A DNA stretch of 64,000 nt from Trichoplax adhaerens (lineage: Eukaryota > Animalia > Placozoa): NCBI RefSeq assembly GCF_000150275.1, contig NW_002060948.1, positions 4,820,336-4,884,335 on the forward strand. Reading direction: 5' to 3'. Both the position numbers and the translations under genes were made by a program. Below the pieces are notes generated by a model. That model did no database searches, was not told the DNA's origin, and was given only the letters and a program-made list of their open reading frames with translations. Shown in pieces: positions 28,327 through 39,917 of this stretch. Positions within the stretch are counted from its first letter, which is position 1; each line of letters begins with the position of its first letter.

Positions 28327-28761
28327 TGTCACGGTGCGAACTACCGTGAAGAAATAGATATCTAAATTTGGTTAATATAATATAGTGATATTATATTACA
28401 ACTAGTTACTTACAATAGGAATTACTCTAATTACAAATGTGTTACAGTAAATTTATTGCTGTGCTGTAATGTGTGCTGAAATGATTCTGTGAATGGACAT
28501 ATTGTAGTCCGACTGTGAAAAACTAGTTAGTAGATGTTCTCACTCAAGTATTTTTATAAGATGACTTGTGAATGTTAGCTGCTGTAGAAGGGTATATAAA
28601 CCCGTCAGATAGTTGAATAAAGCAGTTCTCAATTGTATAGTTGTTTTAACGTAGAATCAAAGGCGTCTAAATTCTTGTGAGTAGGGATACTGAATCCGGG
28701 AGACTATAGAGATTTAGAGATTTGTTTTACGTTATCCTTGTCACGAAGCTGGTTTGTGATA
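28327..28761 (+). mobile_element. Solo LTR, copy 2, 435 bp
   Basis: Termini TGTCACGG...TTTGTGATA; flanked by direct repeat GTCAG at 28322-28326 and 28762-28766; TATA-like gggtatataaa then AATAAA; homologous to 5976-6542. Confidence 0.82.
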
Positions 28762-31570
28762 GTCAGGTATAAATCTATCTGGCCGACATCCTGTCTCCTA
28801 TATTTTTCGATATCCATCAAAAATAAATTTATTTTTTTCTTTATAAACAATGACTTAAAAATGAATATATATCGAAATTTATTAACTGCTTAAATTTGCT
28901 GAACTAGACAATCACGTTATATGACATGATATAATAATTACAGTAGTTGGAATTTAGCACTGAACTAAATCATGATTTTATTCAAAATAATATAATAGGC
29001 TGACAGCAAATCTAAACCATTCCTTTTTAAAGATTTTGTTCGTGTTAGGATAATCTCTTATTATTTGCGATAAATTATTATTACTTAAGTAAGTCATAGT
29101 TTGTTACTTTCATAATTACAGAATCTGAAATTATACCCGTCAAAGGTCAATGTAACATCAATTATGCTATCATACAATTAAGTCGTTAATGTCAACTAGA
29201 TGCGGTATCCGACAAGAAAGTTTATTTTTAAAGTTCTTCAATTATCACACTATAGGTGCGTTGACATCGCCTCGATTTTACTAATTATACTGTAGAATAC
29301 TCAAATTATCTAATTGTTGTTAAGAACAAGAAATAAAAGGTACAACTATTTACTGCATTCGTATAATTATTGAAAGTTAATTTACAAGATTTGAAGCGTG
29401 CAGTATGAATCGTAACAATTATGTAATCTGTAAATTATCTGCGATAAAGTTGGTAGTGCACAGAAGATTACCTAATTAGCAATTGCTCTGCAAATTTAGT
29501 TATGAGGCACTTATCTATTTACCGCAAAAGACTTACAATGAATTATTGATGAATAGGAAGATGATCAAGTCTTTACTCAACATCAAATAGCTGGAGTAAA
29601 TCCATATAATAGGTATTCTAACGAGTAACTACTGTTACAGATAAATACCGTTACGATCATTATATGCCAATTATCATTGACAAAAACCTCAACATTACTT
29701 CATCTTCCTCCCATAGGAATAAGTAAGTGTATGAAATAGGTCAATCTTAGAATGAATTAATTGCCGGTAATATTCATGGCCATGCTAATTTCACAATTAA
29801 ATGAATAGTGCAAAATTGAACTTTAACTTAAACAATTTCGAGACATTCATTTTACGAGGTCTGGTTTGAAGCTAAAGTACTTACCCTGTTTCTGGTATTT
29901 AAGAAAAATCTTATGCCGAAAAAATAGGATAATAGCTCGGATGGTTAATATAATTACAGTTCAATTATGTCTAATTTATCATTAACTTTTTCCAGAGATA
30001 TTTAAACGCCTAATAATATCTCAATCTATTTTTTATTATACGCTAATTTACATGGTATGAAACATTCGAAATTAAAATCACTACTTAGTCTATAATTTAA
30101 ATGGAAGAAAGAAGTTGAATCCCATTCAAATTCAACAACATAAAAGCTCAGAGATGATATTTTTTGCCTAAGTACATAAAATATTATAAACTTGAAAGAT
30201 GTTCAGTAAGGCAAGAATATAAGTAATATCCATGGTACTGCTAAATATAATTGCACATTTCTTAATTATTAAAGGCTATAGAAGATGGCTTAGTCGATGT
30301 TTCGAATTGTCTGAACTGAGAAACCTATCAGCTAATCCCAGTGACAGTGAAGTATGATCTAAAACTGTTAAAATAAAATATCTAATAATTTCACCTACTA
30401 CAGTTTTTGTTTTCAATTCAAATTTTAGTCAGGAGAGATTCTATCAGTTGCTATTCAAATGGACAGCATCTCAGATTGACCTTTGTATACTTCTAAGGAT
30501 GGGAATAACTGAAAATAGCGAAAAATTATTTCAATTTCTGTTGCAATGTTAGTCTATTGCTCATTACGTAGGCATGGTATAACTAATCAGATATGTATAT
30601 CAAGTAAGCGAAATTTTCCGTGAGCACATCCTCTCGCCCAAATTCTTCGTCACCATTGAAGGAGAATCTTAACCCTTAGCAATTTCGCTTTTATCATTTT
30701 TACTACTGCCCTATACATTATTTGATAATATTTTTAATCAAGAGCTCTCTCAAATGAGGACGGCAGTCAGTACTGTCTTTTATGCTTGGTCATTTTATAT
30801 GCATAACTATGAATATTGATTGGAGGTTTTAATTTAGCTTGCGATTAAAACTGCAAGCTGCTTATAGCCCATAATTTAATCTGAAATTTTCTATCTACAA
30901 TTAAATATTTATTCTACAAATATAACTCTAGTTTAGCACCTGTATACTAGCAAATTAAAGATTATTATAGGAATTTTCGCTTCTAGTATATAGCATATAC
31001 CAGTAGAACTCATGCATTAATTAATGTCATTCGACAATAAATAAATCAAATACAAGATATATCGTAAAAGTGTAGAATAACTCATTACCATTTTGAGAAT
31101 ACTATAGTTATTTTTATTGAAAGAAAACAGTATCATGAATCTGGAATCTTTACATCTTTGAAATTACTTGAATTTCTCGGAATTAAATTGATTAAGTTAT
31201 GATATCAGATAAGATTGGTTTATATCGAACCTTTTTAAAATGTAAGTTCTTCATAAATATCATGCAGAAAATGAAAATCTATAAATTAAAGTCTGTAATA
31301 TATATTTATAGACTCGAATCTCACTAAATCGAGCAAATTGAATAAAAACAGCAATCATCATTACTTCAATATTATTTCCAGAAGTACAGAATCGGTCAGA
31401 ATGTTAGTAATTAAATATCTTATCCCAAGTAAAAGAATCTGTCAATTTTATGAAGATAAATTCATTATTAATACAGAAACCAATTTAAAACAATGCTGTA
31501 TCTAATATTACTGTCCTAATGAGCAATAAAAGAAGATTATCTCTGGATCGGAGAGTGAATCATGTAGGCC

Positions 31571-34500
31571 TTATGCTCTTCGATCCCCAGTGCGAAGTGC
31601 TGCATTTTTACTAGATCTAGCATTCTTTTTCAAAGGCCGATTAGTAGTGTATACCATAATAAGAGCCATACCTAATTCTGTCACTCTAAAAAGACTTTGA
31701 TACATGAGCCAAGGCCAAGGCGCTGGAAAATGAGGTGGTGCTAAAACTCCATAAATGCCAAATAACGAATAACTATTCAAGATAATACAACTTATTCCTA
31801 ATATAGCTGAATACATAGTGATTCTAATTACTTTTTTAACACTTGTGCACACTGCTGATGATTTAGGAGCTACAGAAGACTTCTTTCGTAACCTTTTAAA
31901 ACGGGAACTTGCCTTACTAAGCGCTGTAGTAGTTGATATTGATATCGAGACTGCTGCTGATTGCACTATTAATACTTTATTGTTACATTTAGTAAAGGAT
32001 AAAATACGATAGCCACAGAATAAATACGATATGCAAATAATTGCACCCCAAATAATGAAAAGGCTCTGACAGACAATGAGTAAATCCTTGTACCCACCAC
32101 AGAAGGCAACTGCAGTATCAGCTGAGATAACAATCTAAAAGAGGCAAAACCATAAAATGGATGTTAATTAAAAGTTATAAAACCAAGAAAATGATCTACA
32201 GTTTTGTCTTGTATATCATCAGGCAAATATTTATGATTCACAATATTAATTTGATATTAATTTGATTCATGAGTACGATACAAAACATAAAAAAGATCAA
32301 CCTACTATACTACCTATGACAAAGAATTCAAAACCGCAAGTGCAATCAATCAATTTTTCTATACGTAAGGTTGGGTTATAATGTAATGCATGCATGCTGA
32401 TAATATAGGCGACCGAAAGTGTAAAATTAATATGACTTTCAAAAATTAAAATCATACAGAACCGCTAGCGAATAACTAAGGTGCAGGAAAATCATAATAA
32501 TGTAATAGGCGTATTTCTTAGCAAATTATGTCACCAAATACGGTTAAATGCTAACCCAAATAAGCTAGTCGGGCTTAGAATGTACTAACATAATAAGTTA
32601 AACTACTGTAATCAACCAAATAAGTTATATTTTAAAGCTGCAATACTTAGTGCAGCAAGAAAACTTGACGCAGATCTATAAAATCAACCTTGCTTATAAT
32701 AATATAGATAAATATAGATAAATTGAAGGTTTGAAAGATGTAATAGAAGACATTGTGCATTCTTCAAGCAGCATACTGGCTATTGAGTAATTCGGTCTCA
32801 TTGATGATAATAGAATGAGCTACCGTATTTTACTGTAGAGATAGTTTTTACTTCATTTGAGTATAAATGTAAATCGTATCTAATATAATATTCATATTAA
32901 GGCTCTTAGTTTCAAGGAATAGCCTGGATTGGTTGATTGATTTTATTAGCATCAATGGCATAAATTTACTGATTAATAAAGTACCGGTAGTACAAGTAGG
33001 AAAATAAAATGAATAACTGAAAAAATTGTAAGGCTGCTTGCTACGGATAGTAATTATTAATTCAATTTTACCATATTTCTGCATTGATTTGTTATAACGA
33101 CAGAAATAAAATGATAAATAAAGACTGAATACGTAGCATTAATATAGGAAACTATGAAATTTAAAGATATAAATATGTAATTAACAATACTGTCAAATTA
33201 ATTTTGAACTTCATATCAACCTACGAAATTTAAGTTAAACTTAAAAAAATCTCCTTTATTTTCACGTTACCAACGAGTAACCACAAATAACAAATTGCCA
33301 ACGAACAACTTAAAGATTTGTTCAAATTTAACATCGGCAGAAGTCTCCCTTTCTTCTATCGTATCTCCTTTTTATATCATTACAATTAATACATCAATAC
33401 TCTATATTTGTAAGGTAAGTTAAAAAAACACAACAATAGTAAATCCAATCCACGAGCAGCCCGGGGGTATTTATACTACTGTTCGACGACTCTGATTATG
33501 GGTTCATTTCAATAGGTCAGTATAAGATTCTTACAGAACTTTTTACCTAAACGAATAGCTCGAAGGTAGTCATTTCTGTAGAGTACTGATTATTAAAATA
33601 GTATTCGTTATATCGCTAAGGGTGGCCACTGGGCCTTTAAATTTTGATTTGATGTAATATTCTGATGAAAATTGTATAAACATAGAATCTTTATAGAGTT
33701 TTCTACATAGCCATTTTGATAGTTACATTTTCTTATAACGGTTGTTATCGACAGAGCAAGCTTTGCTTGCATACACAAGCGATCCTTAGACAGATTATAA
33801 TGATTGGTATAGAATAGACCACAGTGCTAAGGACATTGTACCGCACTGTCGATATCTTACAGTACCTGCTAATCTTAACTTGGTATATCCATCACCATCC
33901 ATTAGTTATCATAATGTGCTTTGGACCATGAACTAATCTTAATATAGCATTTCATCCATCAATGCATTATTGAAAAGTAGTATTCTACAAGCATAGCTGT
34001 GAATATATTAGTACCTGGCTATTACCGGGATATAAATAATGTCGAATGGTAATGCTATCTGTTAATTATTAACAAATAAGTACATTATCGTAAACCGTCA
34101 GCAAAGCGACGTGAGTTTGTACTAGTATGTATTAAAACATAATCTCACGACAGTAATTATCCCTAAAATAGTGAACACACATCACCAGTAATAATCCCAA
34201 ATATGAAAATCAATTGAACGTAACAGTAATTATTAGTTCAAGTTTGCCATATTTTCTGCACCGATTTGCTATAATGACAGAAATAAAATGATAAATAAAG
34301 ACTGAATACGTAGCATCAATGAAGGAAACTATGAAAATTAAAGATATAAAAATGTAATTAAAGATATCGTCAAATCAATCTTGATCTTCATATCAACAAA
34401 CGAAATATAGGAAAGACGTTTCTAATCTGTCAGTATTCTTTAAGCAAGAGATACTCATAATTAGATATCTCTTCTGATCAATTGGGAATAGCTGCATCTA

Positions 34501-35997
34501 TTCTTTTCAAAGTATGTATAGACAGAGGCTAAACCGATAATTTCTATAATTACTGAACTCGATACAGCTAGATAGCTTAAACGAAATTTTTACACTGTTG
34601 GCATTTTAACAAACCATTTTATATTAACTTCATAGGATGTCTAAGTATGGTGATTAATTGATAATATATTATTTAATATTATTAAATCAAAACATTGGAT
34701 AAATTATTAAATTTAAATCGCAAACCTAGAGACTGCAAAATAGCTCAGAATCCGTATGTCGTCTTACTCGCTACCCATAATTTCTAGAGGATTTTTGCAG
34801 ACTACTATAGTCCATACATACGAAATGTGATAGAGATAAACTAAATATTTTATTAAATTGCCGCAGATAACAGGGACCGATCGTAGGTAATAGAGTCAGA
34901 TAATATTGCTATTATCAATCGAAAAGACTAGGAATCTTAATGTCACGAGAAATCTCTTTTTTGGATCAATCTCAGCAAAAATATGATATAAGTCATATTT
35001 TAGCGGACATTAATAAAGTCATTAAATTCCCTAGATTGTAGTATAAATTTTCAATTTAGGCTGTAACATTCAGGTAAAATTTTGTACATAAATGTTAATT
35101 TGGGATAGGAAGGATTTTGAAGACAAAAGTGTGACAGTGTTTAGTTAAAAGTCCGAAAAAAAGTTAGCAATTTCAAACTCAATTTACTTCAAATTTGAAT
35201 TAAATTGTGGTAAAATAGTAATACCAATAGATATAATATTTAACATTTATTTACTAATTGAAAAGTTACTCAGGCGATTAAGTTCCTAGGTTTAAACTAC
35301 AATTCCGATAAAAATATAGTTTTTTAAGTTCTACCACTTCAAAATCAAAAAAGGAGTTATTTCAATAAGAATGGTAAACCAGTAATGTCAGTATTGTAAA
35401 TAAATCTAGAAAATTTTATAAACTCTTTCTATGTCTTAGCTAAAAGAATCTTCACAGACAGTTTTTAATATGGGAGCGTTGAAAAATGAAATTATCTTAA
35501 TCGTAAAGATTATAACATTAACTTACAGCAAAGTGGAGCGTAATGACAGATACAATGAAAGCCGGATGTTGCAGTTTCTTGGAGACAGTTTTAACTTTAA
35601 CACAATTTATGATAGCTAAAAATATCAAGGTAAATGCCGAAGTTAAGCAAGGATAACCTATGCCATGGAGAACCCTAGTTGTCACTGGTAATAATTGAGT
35701 AGTATTGCCAAAACGTTGTAAGTCATTACTAGATTCATAGGGATCATAGAGAAGAAAAACCGTTCTAACTAAAGCAAAAAAGATCAAAAGGAAATTAATT
35801 GCCAAATAAAATCGCTTTTTAAATATACTTTCACCATAGGCTATGATCGAAGCGAGAGCGTATATACCAACGCATCCAAAACATGTCGCAAAAAAGTAAA
35901 TATGAAATTGAAATGCGACAAACCAAGAATGAATAGCACTTGAATTAACCCAGTGTGGATTAGGTTCAGGGACAGTAATATAAGATTGACACTGCAT
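31571..35997 (-). CDS. PRRT3/PRRT4-like 7-TM protein, paralogue D (344 aa); exons 35997-35527, 32134-31571
   Basis: ATG at 35997 (MQCQ...), donor GCT|GTAAGT, acceptor TTTAG|ATT; closest paralogue of C, including intron and flank homology. Confidence 0.87.
33071..34407. repeat. About 160-bp direct repeat within the paralogue D intron (33071-33229, 34247-34407)
   Basis: Shared gacagaaataaaatgataaataaagactgaatacgtagcat...ggaaactatgaaa...cttcatatcaac. Confidence 0.85.
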
Positions 35998-36541
35998 ATT
36001 GGGCAAAGATTATTCTAATATACTAAACTAATAAGGTATTGTAAAAGAGAAAAACCCAAGAAATGATCGAAGATATATCTAATTATGAACAACGTATATA
36101 TGGGACTGATGGTCCAAAATTTCAAGAGCAAAGTTACTTTTTAGCTGAAATAGCAATTTTTACAGTTAAATTTGTTGTTCTTTCTCCAAAATAATTGAAT
36201 ATAGTACACAAGAAAAGGAAATGAAAAGAAGCTAGGTGCTAAGAACTTTTTCCTTCCTTGTATTTTGTCATTTAAGGTTTAATCCCTATATTAAAATAAT
36301 TGAAAATTGTAGAATATATTAGTGGTAGACTTTAGATTTTAAGCTGTTCTGATAATGATGATGATGATGATACAAGAAAGGCTTATAAATGCAATTTGTG
36401 CATTGAGCAATGGTCCAGTTGATATTTTTAGGAAAAAGGAACCGCTATTGGAAACAAGTTCAGAGGTAATGTAAACCAAGGTACAGTATACTATATATCA
36501 CTGTAGTAATCGAATGAAGTTGATTTCACAAATTTTGATAC

Positions 36542-36970
36542 TTTCACCAAATTAATCCAGAAGCTATCGCCGACATTAAGCTTGAAGTTAACAATATGGT
36601 GATCCTTATAGACAATAAAGTGGAATAGAGATACGAAACCAGTAACCCTGAATCATTAAATAAAACATCATTAAAAAAATCTCTGAAATCTGATTATTAA
36701 AATTGATATTGTAGATAAAATGAAATGCTGAAGGAAAGAATTTCAACGAAATTATAGGCCAAAATGTATATCACTTTGGTGATCGAATGAAACGAATTTC
36801 AGAGATTTAAGTAATTTAACCAAAATTAATATAGAAGATACTAACAATATTAAGTTTGAGGTTAACAATTTAGTGATTTTTATAGACAACAAAGCGGCCA
36901 AAAGATGCAAAATCAATAATTTGAATGACTAAATATAAAATCGATTAACATATGTCTGAAATTTGATTAC
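36542..36970. repeat. Local duplication upstream of paralogue D, period about 273 bp
   Basis: accaaattaat..agaag...ttaag.ttga.gttaacaat...ttatagacaa.aaag appears twice; a single homologue lies upstream of C near 26411. Confidence 0.65.
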
Positions 36971-39917
36971 ACTATTAATAAATCTCTGTTTGGAACAAGT
37001 GCTATAGTACCGATAACATAACTGCAGTATGGTAAAATTTCGTATATTTTGTTAGTATCAATAGAAATGAAGATAAAAGATTAAATGTTGCATTAATAAT
37101 AATAGTTAATTAAAATCTCAAATAGAATGATAAATAGTCAACGAAGAATATCTTATATACGTACAGCGACAAACATAAACTAGTTCGATCAGATCTTGCC
37201 ACGTTAGTATCATTCGATCACACGAAAAATTAACAATAGTTTATTCAAATTATTTTGAATACCCCATAAACAAACAATGATATAGTAACCTACCTGTTGT
37301 CGCTATTTTGTTTATATTGTTGGCATCATCATTTGAGTAAGAAAAATAAGCTAAACAGAGCCGTTGCTACCAAGACTCTTGCCTCTGTGTATCACTACTT
37401 GAATGAAAAATAAATCTATAATTATCTTTAGAGGCTAAAATATGAAATTGAATTACTGTACAGTCCATATTATCAACAAGATCCACTATTATTCAAGTTT
37501 TATACGTAATGTTTTGCTTAAAGTGATCAAGATTTAACACTACTTTAGGTCTTAAGGTTATTTTATCAATAATATCCATTAGGACCTCATTAAGCTACAA
37601 AATTAATGTGTAGACATGTAGATCACCAATTTGTCTAATTTATATAGTTGGAAGAATTAGATGTTACAGATGAGTAATAAGACACAACTAATTCAAAACT
37701 GATATATTGACAACTAGGCACAAAATTAAAGCTTATTAAAGCTCTTCAATCTACTGAGAATAGTCATCTTAATTTTCGCAGGCCCTAAATACCATCCATT
37801 TTATGAAATAATGCACAAGTACAAATAAAGAAACTAATTTAGGCCAATTACATTAAAATAATAACCTTATCTACATCTTGATAATTAATGCTAACCCAAA
37901 TTATTACCTGAATATTACTGTAATATCGACGTAAAATACAGAATTGAGGATTATTTATTTATAATTCGATGGGTTTCAACTTAAACGCCTCTTCAGATGT
38001 TACATGTCATTATCCATGGGAACGGATATGTTGTGATGCTATAGTATGAGATGATCAAGAAGGCTAAAAGGTTGTCATGATGATTAATTAGGCAAAACTA
38101 ACACAGCTAATGACTTGTAAAGAACGATAGATTTAAACGAAAAAGATTGCATAAGACTGTCACTGCTAGACATTACCCGAACGGAATAATGCTATTAAAT
38201 TATTAGATTAGCTTTTAAATAATTTATACGAGACTTATTCAATTAACAGGATAGAGGGTTAAGGCAATTGTAAAATTAACTATAACCCTAGTAAAACGCA
38301 TAACATCATGACATCCATTAGTTTATACATATTATTTTATATCAAGCAGATGTTTTCAATTAAATATCAATTAGTATCGAAAGTACTAGTAATCTATTGC
38401 CATAATATAATATTGTTATTCTAGCCTCGAGCTATCATTTAATTAGAATATCGGGGTACATATCAAATTTGGATTGTTGAATTTAATTTCAACGATTTTA
38501 GTAGAAATGAACTTTGCAATTTTGCACTCGTAGCTAGTACCAAAACGTAAGATTATCTACAGCATTATTTAGACAGACACTAGCATTATTTCTTGAGCAC
38601 ATAACCATCGTCTCCTTACTTGTTCTTATTACTAGTGATAAGCCTATACAAAATAAATGATTGAGACAAATAAATTTGACAATGGTAGTAACATATCAAA
38701 TGTTTCTACTGCAACATTTGCGATATTTCAAATGTAAACTATCTGATGCGTATGAGTGGAATTTACCATTAATTATATAGACATAAATTTATACTTCTGT
38801 TTCAATTTAGTTACAACATAGCTGCAAAGAATTCCTATTAGAAATTATAATTTATTTCTTGTTGGCAAAAAGCTAAGTTATTATCCAAATTTCGATTAAT
38901 ATTATTATGTAAACTTATTCTAAATAGTCAGTATTACAATATCAAAAAATTGCTATTCACAAAACCCTTACAGTGTATGTGAATATACAACACTACACCT
39001 AATTAGTGCAAACATTAGAAATGAATATTTGATACATAGGCGATTAATGCTTTTAGACACTAATAATTAATTCAAAATTATAACAGGAAGTGCAAACTTT
39101 GTAGTAAATACGTAGTAAAATCCTAAGTAAAAGTTATATTTTGCTATAATTAAGCCTTTTTCAACGTTTAAATTATAAGTATGCTCTACATTCAAGAAAA
39201 TATAGCCTAAACTTGTGGACTGACATTACTATAAATTACGGTTTATTCAAAGTAGGTAAATGACAGACAATCTTAATTCTTTAAGTACACAACTATTAGT
39301 ACCTGAGAATTCATAATTTATAGTTCACAGGCCCTGTGCTATGATAGAAGATAGTTTTAAATAAAATAATACTTTATTAATCACCGAATGCTCTGATTAT
39401 TTGTAGAATATTTCAATATTTTCTCTGAATGCAGTGCCTTCCATAAGTACATTTTTCGCTAATTTTTTCAATTTTATAATGCTTCTTTTTACTGTTAAGA
39501 AATACTCATTTTCATGACCATTATCGTAGACATGTTGCTTTTAGGCTATAATATTATATTCGGTACTTGATATACTTTAAATTGGCTATTAAATGTAATA
39601 AATAGGGATACTACTGAAAAATTGTACGGCATGCATAAATTAATTATTAACAACCTATGCTAATAATATGGCCTATCCGTGAATACACCATTAACAAATT
39701 ATCCTTATAATATGTATAGTATAACCGTAAATATATCTTCTAATTTTAAATACAATAGCAACATATAGATAAAAATGCTGTTAACCGCCTCACGACATCA
39801 TATTACTTGATGAAGTAGCAGACATGAGTCAGATAGACATGAAGAATATTGAATTAAGTGTTTAGAATCAGGTAAAGTGTTACTATAGTGTCATGAAATA
39901 AGAAAATGGATAGGATA

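Noticed and set aside
8933-35997. Calling the 7-TM genes rhodopsin-class GPCRs or opsins
   Set aside because: No DRY, CWxP or NPxxY motifs and no TM7 lysine.
35998-36006. TTG start in the ORF track for paralogue D
   Set aside because: Eukaryotic gene; ATG at 35997 aligns with the other paralogues and gives the shared 471-nt exon.
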